From: Lama guanicoe
Taxonomy: Eukaryota
Reading direction: 5' to 3'
Length of the DNA: 57,669 nucleotides
Assembly (NCBI GenBank): GCA_013239625.1
Contig: MU056000.1
Span: 14,533,787 to 14,591,455 of the forward strand
The notes beneath the pieces are model-generated. The model saw nothing but the letters and a program-made list of their open reading frames with translations. It did not search any database and was not told where the DNA came from. Both the position numbers and the translations under genes were made by a program. Positions 26,221 to 37,942 of the stretch are shown in pieces (positions within the stretch are counted from its first letter, which is position 1; each line of letters begins with the position of its first letter).

Positions 26221-27439
26221 TAGTGCAAACTCATATTCATGCATCAGGAGGAAATTTAATTTCATATTTAACAATCAGATCTTCCTACCCATAGCCCAAA
26301 ATGAGTGTATCATAGAAAACCTGCTTTGGAGTAACTGGTTACAGTGGAAGATTGGTGGTCACTGTTTTTGATAATTCAATAATACCCACTTATCCACATA
26401 TTTGTGTAGATCAGTGTAGGTATTACATCGATGAGGTAAAATTACAATGCGAGTGTAAGTGATATTTACCAGATCAAGTCTATATTAACATCAGTTTTGT
26501 TGTTGTGAAGAGATATATTACACTTGTATACATTTCTTGTAAAGGTAAATATCATATTTTTCCTATAGAAAATTCATAATCAAATTACTTGCATTCATAA
26601 TGAAACCTTTGAATAATGGCTCATGCTAGAAATCACAGTTTCTAAATATATAAAAATATAGACCTTACTGAGAATAGTCAGTTAAACTCATTTTTATTTA
26701 TTAGGTTATAAAGATAGGAATTAATGTAATCGTGCCGTTACTCAACTTGTTTTCTATATGCTTCTATTTATTGGCAATCTTTTGACATTGGCACCAGTAG
26801 TGCCATACAAATTTTATATTTGAACCAGTTGCAAAAATGTGGCAAGAGCAGAAGTACTGAAATAAAGAAGGTGAAAGGTTACTGAAGGAGAGAAAGCCAG
26901 AGAATGGAAACTGTAGTGAATGGGTCATTTCACATGGACAGTTGAAATTCATTCATTTCTTCATTCAACTTACTTAGCCATTATTTATCAAACAATTTCT
27001 ACCTGATAGGACTGTGCTAAATTTGCTGTATGGCACAAATCAGCTACGGTCACTGTCTGGAAATAGACTGAATTTCTTGTTCTAGGAGGTCATGGGACAG
27101 GAGAATGATCTCTGCTCCTTTTATAAAGGAATAAACTTTATGGAAAGGCTAAGGAGAACAGAAACTAGAAATGGAGGAAAGTTTGTATTAGAAAAGTCTG
27201 GGAAGATACTTTGGCAACACACAATTATAGCATAGAATACAGGCAAGTGATTGGGTTTTCATTTGTATGGATTTCATAATCCAAGAGTAAATTGTGTATG
27301 AAATAAAGTATCATCAAGTTTTAAAATAAATCATTTTCACATGTTTGTTTCAAGACTCCCAGAATGGATTTTGGGGGTGGCGTGATGAAGGGACCTGAAT
27401 TTCAAAAAATATTACAGCCAAGATTTACTCAACAAATCA

Positions 27440-29155
27440 ACAATTCTAATCTCAAATCTAGATCTATCCATTCAATCAGGACTTCTGCCTCACATTTCCA
27501 CACAGATGCCTCAGAGTCAACATGTCCAAAATTAAACCCTTTATCTTCTTACTTTCCAAAACCAGCTTCCCTACAAACCTCTATTCTGTCAAAAACAGGC
27601 AAAGAAACAAAAAACAACCAATCTCTTCAATCACATAAACCAAAGTTTCGAGTCTTTTCACTTTTCAGTCATCATATCCATCCAGACAGTACTTACTCTT
27701 TAATCACAGTGACTTTTAATCTATGTACCTCTTGAATTTATGTAAATTTCCCAGCAAAAAAGTTGTGATAGAATTCTGAGAGATAAATGACAAAAGTTAT
27801 AGAATATGTGGTTTTAAAATCCTTCAGAGTGCTTGTAAATTGTCACCTATCCAGGACAATGTCATTTACAACTGTTGCCTTAAAATAGTATTTCTGAAGA
27901 TGTTGACAAACAGACCAATTTTTACGGTAATTATTATGTTGAAGTTCTGATTTAGAATACGTTTATACTTACTCTCTTTTTTGATACACTTACTCTTTAA
28001 TGGTCAAAATAATTAAACTACAATTAAATGGATGCATATCATGTATACAATACACACATTTCTCATGTATTTATTTAACAAATTTATGAGATAGGCATAT
28101 ATATTGCAGTCAAGGAAAATAAAGCTTGCAGAATGTGAACAAATTGCCTAAAATTATATAACTGATACTTTTCAAAGTTTTTCCTTCAATTGAGACTTGT
28201 GCTTTCTACATACAGTAGCATAAACGTCAGGTGGTAACAGGTCACTATCACCAGCTCTTTATCAACAGAATTTCTAAATGTTCACGTGCTGAGTGAAAAT
28301 TCTCAATTCCCATGTCTCCAGAACACCTCTTCTTTCCACCTTCCTCCATGAGGAAGGAATCTACACAGACATGTACCCAGCTGATAGAACTTGATTTCTT
28401 TCCTCTTTTGCCCACACTCAGTCTTTCAGTAAGTTCTGATCAATCTGTCTATAAAATCTCCCAATGACCTACTTCTTTCCTCACTGGTAAGACATGAAGA
28501 CAAACTCCCATTATGTATCAGTTGGACTAATTTATTTCCCTCCTAACTGATCTACAAATGCCCAGTGATTCACCTACAAAATTCACTTGCGCATATTGGC
28601 CAGAGTGAAGCTTAAATGTATAAAATACACCGCATTATTCATTTGCTTAAAAACCCACGTGGCCTATCATGTGAGAGAGAAATGCTCACATCTTCCTTTG
28701 ATTACTCAACTTGCTGAGCTGGCTCTGCCTAGTTTCCCCATCTTCACCTGGTACTGCTCTTTTTGTCCCTCAAATGCTCTAGTTCACACGCTTTCTGTTC
28801 TTAAAGCTTGCCAAGTTCTGCCTTAACTTCATTATATTTCCACTTGCTTTTCACATGTCTGGGAAATTATTTCCTGAACTCTGTGGACAGGCTCTTCCTT
28901 GACTTTCAGCTCCCCCAACTGTGTCATCTTCTCAGAAAGGATCTGCCAGGCTGGCCTTACTAACCATCCAAGAGCCCACTCATTCCCTTCACGGAATATA
29001 TCTCAATGTGAAACGAGCACTTTGTGTATCTGTTCATTGTCTGCCTTCCTGGTGGATTGAATGTGAACCCTACATTCAATTTTTGATCCCCAGCCTCTGG
29101 AGCAGGGCCTGACACAAAGTAGGTTATCTATCAATATTTGCTGAATTCATGGATG
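27440..29155 (+). mobile_element. Fragmented L2 LINE ending in an intact 3' tail
   Basis: L2-like blocks (tcaacatgtccaaaattaaac near 27520; pyrimidine-rich 28260-29100) ending cagggcctgacacaaagtagg...tcaatatttgctgaat. The stretch 27750-28260 is probably unrelated. Confidence 0.65.
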
Positions 29156-29960
29156 AAAAGGAAATTTAATCAGAGAGTAAGATTTTTCTCTGTACAGGAA
29201 AATTAGTATGTTTTTTTAAATGCCAACAAAAGTACTGCTACAAGTGGAAGTATGTATTTTAATTATAACACTTAGTACTGAGTTATTAATTTTTATGCAA
29301 TATTGTCAAATACAATAACAGATTCATAGATGACTTATAATAATGGATTATCTAGTTCACAGTCTGCAACTCTGTATTTAATTTTATATTTGAAATCAAT
29401 ATTCCGCCTATTATCAAAGCAAGTAACTTAAGCTTGCAAAGCTTGGACAAAGGCATATCAAAGTAACAGACGCTTGGCAGTCATAGGCGTTTTCTTCAGT
29501 TACTTAACATTCATGCAGAGTTTTCTGCTATGTGATTCACACTGCAGTAATTTCAATGAAATTTGCCTTCTAAATCTACTTCTAAGAGAAAGGGTCATTT
29601 ATTTGATTTTCTCCCAATGTCTTCAAATGGTTCCTGGGGGACTTCACCGATTAATATTTTATCATACACAAACTTTACAATGCCGCATAATGACACAGCA
29701 TAAGAAAAGAAGAATAGAGTAAAAAATTAATTTTAAAGAGGTAAAGTTACTAAAATGTAGTAAAAATAATTAGAACAAGATGATGAAAAGCCATCATCTA
29801 TCTGGGAATTGTTATAAAACTGCCTCTCACTGGATGTGTTTTTATTTATATGTATTACTGCTTTTACTTTCTAAAGTACTACTAATTACCACCGATGATA
29901 CTCTATGATTTTGTTGAAAAGACTGACTTGAGATAAAAAAGAAAATTCAACACTTTCTAA

Positions 29961-29986
29961 ACACACACACACACATACACACACAC
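29961..29986. repeat. (CA)n microsatellite
   Basis: Read directly, with one TA interruption. Confidence 0.9.
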
Positions 29987-32384
29987 TGTGTACAGTGACG
30001 TGAAATACAGTATAAACTTTCACTGGTATTTGAAGATTTTGTCTAATAAAACTACCATTGTGGGCCTATTTTTAAAATTCACAGCCAACACAGAAAATTG
30101 TTTTATTTTTTAATGGCTCCTAAAATAAAATACCTATTAGTTAACCCATTCATGGTTATAATACAGCCTGATGGAATATAAAGATATTTATAAAAGAGAT
30201 AAATAAGAAGTTTCAAGGAGAATTTTATATGTAACAGAACACTTTAAAAGGAAACTGTGTTATCAAAGAATAATGAAAACTTAATTCATATAAAGAAGAA
30301 ACAAGCAACCAATAAAACAAAGAAAAATCCAAAGAATCCAATGAAATCAATCAACATCATTCTAGAATAAAAGTCAAGGAGAGTAGATCCCCCCCACCTT
30401 CACTGAAGTTGTCACAAATGAGAGATGTCACAGTAGCAATTTGAAATTTGTTTTTAAATGATTATTCTGTCAAGTATTTTCCTTCAAATTTTTCTCTGCT
30501 GGTTTCCATGAAACGAGCAGAGAAAAATCATTTAATGAAAAAGTCAAAAGGTCATGTAGAAAAAGTGAAACAATACAACTGGTTATTAAAAATACTAGGA
30601 AATGTCAAGAATTCAATGAAGAAGCAGCACTATTATGGGTAAAGGTTCACACACACACACTGAAGTGTCTCAGGAAGGACTAAACCTGGAGTATTATGTT
30701 TCCATTTACAGAAAAGATGGACTTGATCTTCCTGAAGTGAATGGTGACTTCTATAAGAAAATAAATCATTATGTCATCATAAAAAGTGAAAAAGGTGAAT
30801 TTACAAATACACAAATGAATCTGAGTTCACCATCAGATTTAATGCAAAACAACTCTGTCCAATCTGTCCCCAAATAGAAAGATGAGTGTCAGGCAATGAA
30901 AATATTATATAATTTTACCTTTCTTTTAGGAAATCTTAAGATTTTGAAATTCAAAAATACAATGAAAACACATGATATAGTGATGAGGCTGGAGGGAAAG
31001 AGCAAATTGAAGGGACCACATGCACAATGAATAGAAAGTTCCTATATTCAGAAAGGTTATATTCCTTATGAAAATCAGTCTGAGAGAATGAAAGGGAGAT
31101 GAGCATTTTATTTAAGTTGTATGTATAAATAGAATAAAGTTGAACAGTCACAGACTTTGGTAGTATATTTAGTCACTAAATTATATACAAGGAAAAGCCT
31201 GTCTCAAACAAAATACAGCCCCCCAATGTGTATGGATAACAGCAGATCACATGGTGAACATATTCATGTATCAAAGACTAGCATGAAAAAGTCCACTCAT
31301 TTCAGTCTCCTTAGAAAGTAGAAAGTTCATAGGATGTAAAAACTTAAAGATAGCTTGGAGGTAAACACTGAAATAAAAATAAATGATTCGAGGGTCGGGT
31401 AAAGGGATTCAGCTGAGAAGCATAGAAGAAGAGGGCACAAAACAGACTGATTAATATTTTTTTAATAATGTATGTGTTATAGTGAAAGGTTATACCTAAG
31501 AAAAGCGCGACAGTCAAGAAGGGTAATATTCAGTTTTATTTTTTAGCTTCTAGTTCACACCTTAAATGAGTCACTCAAAAGTGTGTGGATAACAAACTAT
31601 TTGATTTTCAATACTCAAGGAATAAATTTACAGTTAAATAGCTAGCCTGAAAATAGAGAAATGTCTTGAAGAATCATTGTCATTAGAGAATTTTCTTTCA
31701 TGCTGTAATTTTCTGGTAGCTCATAATCCATGATGTATATTTAATAATTTTGCTGTTTTGTTGCTCTAAAGCATGTATTATGAGTATAAGAGGAAGGCTA
31801 TAAACACATTTTCTTGGCAACAAAGTTCATATTGTTTCCCAGGTATTTTACTTCCCAGAATTATTTAATTCCTTTTTATTCATTATTAATAGCAAATATT
31901 TAGAATAAAATAAATTCAGCATATATAGGATATATGGCCCAAGACTCTAAGTATATTTATGATATTGACACATATATGATCCCCAATAGTCTATTTCCAT
32001 CATTCAGAGCCTGAATTCGTGCGAATGTATTCCAGAACTAAATAAATGAGGTGAGAACACATTTTGGTCTTCAGGTCTGGTAAGCATAAGAAGCTACTGC
32101 TTTAGTAAACAAACTCGAGAACATGAAGCTTTTGTCATTTTATGAAAAAACTCTCTGGCCAAAAAAATTGAAGATAGTGGTGACAGCAATAGGCACTGCT
32201 TCCTTTGTGTCTCGAAGTCACATGAAATTGGGAGGCACTGTTGTGTCACCAATTATATGACACTTCTGAAGAAGAGACAGAAGGGGCAAGGCTGAACTCT
32301 AATAATCAAAGGACAAGGTAGGAGAATCCAACTTAGAGACATGCCGAAGTTCGACATCTCCCAGATAATAATAATTCTAGGAGT

Positions 32385-32610
32385 AATCATAGCTGAGTTT
32401 CATGTAGTTCTGATAACACGCCAAACTTCCTTCTAAGCTTTTTCATGTATGAACTCATTTAATCTGCCCAACAACCTCAGGGAGAGGGTTATCTTCTTAG
32501 AAGCATATTATACAAAGAGAGGCACAGGGATGTTAAGAATTTTCCATAGCTGATGTGACTAGTGCTCCATTTTAACCAAGAGTTGGACTTGGCCCCTGGG
32601 TTGTTCCACC
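32385..32610 (-). mobile_element. MIR SINE
   Basis: ttctaagctttttcatgtatgaactcatttaatctgcccaacaacc...gaggcacagggatgttaagaattttcc is reverse MIR. Confidence 0.75.
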
Positions 32611-34254
32611 TCTTCCTGTACATTTCCTCTTGGGGAGGTTCTGTTACAAACACGCCCGAGTGCACGTCCACACCAACGTGGAGAGCTACATTTTCCTCTA
32701 AACACACTAGGATTAAGTTTCATTTCTTTACATGGCAATTCTGAGTGAAACATTTAGATGAGTTTCTATTTGGTATTTTTATTCTTCTAGTTTTGCCTAC
32801 GAAAACACAAGAAACGTATTCAGAACAAATGAAGATGTCAATAATATACATCCGTATGCGTATGCATCATATATGTGTTCTCATCGCCTATCCACTTCCA
32901 AGAGTTACATTTTAAATTTCTAATTTTAGCCTCTTTTATTGTCCTTTACTTACATATTGACTTTTCAGAAAGAAAAAAAAAAGGTGGACTCACTCTCTTT
33001 CTAAAGAGAGAGAATTAAATAAGAACTTTCTTTGTGTGTGACGTATAGTTTTGTTTTACCCAAAAGCAGTGATCACTTTCTCTATTCAATTAGTTTCTTG
33101 TGATTTTTGAGAACGCAGAGTAATATGGAACAATAACCAAGACAGAAGATTATATCAGCCTGGAGATATTCCCTTCCAATGGCTACAATCTGTTTAATGA
33201 ACCGTCGAACAGTGGTGGTGACAATAAGATCAGTGACTGTCATGTGACTCCTCTGAAGATGTGTTTCGACAGCCTTGGCTGTCAATACACCAAACTTGCT
33301 GCCCTCCACACTCCCCTCGCCTCCAAGAAGCAAATGGTCAATAGCATCTCAAAACCTTCTATGTATGCTTTTGGTACTTGTCTTTTTAAATCCAACTGCT
33401 AGAAATGACAAGAGTTTAGGACTTAGTCTGTATAAAATATTTATAGTTAATTCAAAAATAAGCAATAATCCAACGAGTAGAAAAATCAATATACTTCAAC
33501 TTTATGTTCTTTTATACATTTGACAGTTAGATGTTAAAGTAGTAAAAAGAATACAACTTAAGCTCTTGTTTATTCCCTCAGAATCCCTTGCTGTAAAAAA
33601 AAAAAAATAGACCATTCACTGATAAATACTTGCAAAACAACAGAGATACAATGATTCTTCAATAAAATGTATTTCTTGTAGTAGTACTGTTTCCTTAAAA
33701 AATAATAGGCTCTTTTTTATTCTGTCCCAGTCTTAGTCATAAACTAAAATCAAAATTACTTTAAATCTCTTTCCTTATATCATTTAAACAGTCTACAAGA
33801 AGCTCTTGAATCTTTTCCTACCTTGTAAAAATCGTCGACAATTTTATTGTTTCTTTCTAATTTAGTGTACATTAATTTAGAACTATGATAACTTATTTGG
33901 CATTTTATCTTACAGTAGTAAGTCAGTTAAACACTTTCCCTTTCTTTCTCTACCAAAATGCATCAATAATTCTGCATGGTTACCAACTGCTTTTCATGAA
34001 AACAAATTATTTAACCACTAACATTCATCCTATTAATACTTTCCTAACAATTCATATTTCTTTTCTGTGTATCTTTTTAATGAAGCATGAATATTCTTTC
34101 TTTTAAGATGTGTTTTCCAGCAAGTAACAGACAATCCGTCAATACTGTTTTCCAAAGCACTGTGATTTTTTTCCCTGCATAACAAGGAACCTGGGGCTAG
34201 CTTGCACTGTTTAACATACTATCTAACATATTATCGAGGATTCAGATACTATTC

Positions 34255-34645
34255 AGTGTTGTGCTGAGGCCACCTCAGGGTCTTCACTTTTGATCCACAC
34301 ATTGTCATCTGATTGGCACAAGACTGCTGATATGGCTTCATGCACTCTAACCATATTTAAGAGCAAGGAAGAGGAGCAGCTGAAAGGCTGTCTCACTTCC
34401 ACTATCGGACAAGGAACTGCTTTTCCAGAAGCTTCCAACAGAATCCTCATCAATCAGAATGGGAACACATATTCCTCTGTAACTGCAAGGGAGGAGGAGA
34501 ATGCAACACTTGACTTTTTCTTTTTTTTTTAATTGCGTATAGTCAGTTACACTGTGTCAGTTTCTGGCTTTGTATTTTACATTCTTAAGGTGGAAGGAAG
34601 CCTGGGGAGAGGGGTTGAGATAGGGCTTACAGATGTCAGTCAGCA
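34255..34645 (-). mobile_element. Old MaLR LTR (MLT1K/L-like)
   Basis: ggcacaagactgctg, cttttccagaagcttccaacagaatcctc and taactgcaagggagg resemble reverse MLT1K/L-type LTRs. Confidence 0.55.
34515..34567 (-). mobile_element. Extreme 5'-truncated L1 (last about 37 nt plus poly(A))
   Basis: Reverse complement ccagaaactgacacagtgtaactgactatacgcaatt(A)n matches the L1 3' ends at about 11856-11895 and 54023-54063. Confidence 0.85.
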
Positions 34646-36058
34646 CTCTCAACTACAATAAGATAATTCCCATAAGAATTGTTTTATTTAGGACTAAGTG
34701 CTGAAACAAGCATGAAATCAGAGCATTCCTAGATACTGGATGAAGTTCAGTAAAGGACTATCCTGAAATTTATGTATTTTGTTAAAATATTTTAAAGTAT
34801 TACTTTTTAAAAATTAAATATTTAAAAGAGACTAAGAGAGATTTTTGGACATTCTAATTGAAAAAGTTGCAGAATCATGTGTTGCTACAAGGGATCTCAC
34901 AGGTAAGTACGTTGGTTCAAAATGAGAGTGAAATGCAAATGTGTTTTATTGAATCAAACTGTAGTTCAAGCACAAGAATAAACTGAAAAAATGAAATAGA
35001 ATTAATACAACAAAACAGAGTGTAGATGCATAAATAGCATACATATTATATAATCATCAAACGACAAAAGTATTATATTGATACTATTTGAGGCCATTTG
35101 TTTTATATTCATACCCATATACTTAAAAACTTATTTTATCTGTTACCTACGATCAAAAATTGTCAGAATCCCTTTGTGGGCAAGTTTAGGCATGGAGGCA
35201 TTCTCAGAGTAATATATCACTCTACTAGTTTTCATATAAAAGATAATCTTATTCTCAAATATGTGTGGTGTTAAAATTCTAGAAAAAACAGAATTCCCTG
35301 CTTCATTGGACAAGTTTTGTTTTGTTTCAAATTTATTTACAAATTCCAATTATATTACATTGATTGAAAAAAAATGCCCATTAATTAAATTTTTGTCATA
35401 ACTAGGGAGGGAAAGAACATGGGTTATGCTCAAATATTTAAGATACATAGACACCTTAATCTTTCAGAAATTAAAAATATATGTAATCGTGTTTTGTGTG
35501 GTACATGATAAAACAATTATCTAAAAGTTGTGCTTTTAAAAAATGTATTCAAAATAGGCTTTTAAACATTTTTTGTAAATTTATTATACTATTAATGTTT
35601 ACAGCCAAACATAGATTTATATTTATTTAAGTGACTCATGGGCTAATTTATATTAAATGAATAATGTAAGAAAAATAAGAGTTTTCTATTAAGTCAATTT
35701 TTAAATTATACATAACGTTTAACTTTACAACCAAACTTAAACTAGCTAAAGCCAGTTTTAGCATGAGGGAAAAAAAAACACTATCCCCTTTTCTTTGTAC
35801 TCACCCTAAAATAACTCAAAAATGAGAAACCTTTATTCCATTTTTAATGAAAATGAGGCATTCATAACCCCAAGTATAATATATAATGCCTGAGTGCCCC
35901 CAGGCACTACATATAATGCCTAAGAGCAGATGGTGAAATAAAAAGTAATGTAACTGAATGCAGGAAAGTTAACTTTAAGTGCCTATAGAGGAAGATACTG
36001 AGTGAAGCCACCAATTCAACCCCAGAGCCTTTAAAAAGCTCAAGAACCAGGTACCCTT

Positions 36059-37370
36059 TGCTGTATAAAAGCTTATAAGTTTAATTAGGTCTCATTTGTT
36101 TACTTGTGCTTTCATTTCTATTGCCTTGGGAGATGACCTAGGAAAACATTGCTACAAAGTATGTCAGAGAATGTTTTGTCTATGTTTTCTTCTAGAAGAT
36201 TTATCGTGTCCCATCTTATGTTTAAGTCTTTAAGTCACTTTGAGTTTATTTTTGTATGTGGTGTGAGGAAGTGTTCTCACTTCATTGATTTACATGTGTC
36301 CATTCCAATTTCCCAACATCACTTGCCTAATAGACTGTCTTGCTCCATTGTATATTCTTGTCTCCTTTGTCAAAGATTAATTGGCTGTAGGTGTGTGGGT
36401 TTCTTTCTGGGCTCTCTATTCTATTCCATTGATCCACATGTCTATCTTTTTTTTTCTTTCCCAGTACCATACTGTTTGAATTACTAAAGCTACGTAGAAT
36501 TGTCTGAAGTCTGGGAGGATTATGCCTCCAGCCTTGTTCTTTTCTTCAGTATTGCTTTGGAAATTGTGGGGGGTTTTGTGATTCCTTATAGATTTTAGGA
36601 TTATTTGCTCTAATTCTTTGAAAAATGTCCTGAGTAATTTGATGGGGATCACATTAAATCTGTAGATTGCTTTGGGTAGTATGGCCATTTTAATACTAAT
36701 TCTTCCAACCCAAGAGCATGAGATATATTTGCATTTCTTTTGATCATTCTTAATTTCCTTTATCAATGTTTTATAATTCTCAGCATATAAGCATAGCAAA
36801 GGAAACCATAAACAAAACAAAAAGATAACCTAGAGAATGCAAAAAAAAATTGCAAATGATGTGACTGAAAAGGGCTTAACTTCCAGAATATACAAACAGC
36901 TCATACAGCTCAATAATAAAAACAAACAAACAATTCAATCAAAAATAGGCAGAAGAGCTAAACAAATACTTCTGCAATAAAGACATGCAGGTAGCCAATA
37001 GGCACATGAAAAGATTTTCAATATTCCTAATTATCAGAGAAATGTAAATCAAAACTACAATGCTAGTCAGAATGGTCATCATTAAGAGTCCACAAATGAT
37101 AAAGGCTGGAGTAGATGTGGAGAAAGAGAACCTTCCTACACTGTTGGAGGGAATGTAATGTGGTGCAGCCACTTCAGAAAGCAGTATGGAGAGTCCTTAA
37201 AAAACTAAAAATAGACTTACCATTTGCTCCAGCAATTCCACTCCTGGGCATATATTAGGATAAATCTCTAATTTGGAAGGGTATATGCACCCCAATGTTC
37301 ATAGCAGTACTATTTACAATAGCCAAGACATGAAACTAACCTAAAAGTCCATTGACAGATAATTGGATAA

Positions 37371-37417
<47 letters not shown>

Positions 37418-37830
37418 NNNNNNNNNNNNNNNNACACACACACACACACACTCACACATACATACACATACACACACACACACTACTCAGCCATAAAAAA
37501 AGAATGCCATTTATAGCAACATGGATGGACCTAGAGATTATCATACGAGTGAGGTAAGTCAGACAAGGACGAATATTTGATATCACTTATATGTGGAATC
37601 TAAAAAAAAAATGGCACAAAAGAACTTTCTTACAAAACAGAAACAGATTCATAAACACAGTAAACAAGCTAACTATTACCAAAGGAGAAAAGGGGGGATA
37701 AATTAGAAGTTTGAGATTAGCAAATGCAAATTTATATATATAAAATAGATAAACAACAAAGTCCTACTGTATAACACAGGGAACTATATTCAATAGCTTG
37801 TAATAACCCATAATTTAAAAATTATGAAAA

Positions 37831-37862
<32 letters not shown>

Positions 37863-37942
37863 CACACATACATGAAATGAAAACAAGATTGCATATCAAG
37901 TATACTTCAATAAAAATAAAAGTCAAACATAAATAAGAAATA
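36059..37942 (+). mobile_element. L1 with 5' inversion (twin priming): 36059-36790 inverted, 36791-37942 forward
   Basis: Minus-strand [17 protein letters not shown]...[13 protein letters not shown], then plus-strand C-terminus and 3' UTR ending tatacttcaataaaaa. TSD aaccaggtaccctt (36045-36058) vs aatcaagtaccctt (37943-37956), 12/14. Confidence 0.93.
37379..37482. repeat. (TA)n + 16-N gap + (CA)n microsatellite inside L1
   Basis: TA tract to 37417, Ns 37418-37433, CA tract after. Confidence 0.95.

Noticed and set aside
34873..34908. 30-nt plus-strand micro-exon ending at CAG|GTAAGT
   Set aside because: The donor is perfect but the upstream AG lacks a pyrimidine tract; isolated donors are expected by chance.
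10051..36790. dsRNA from inverted L1 segments or the opposed MLT1B copies
   Set aside because: The partners are 18-32 kb apart and diverged, and transcription is unproven.
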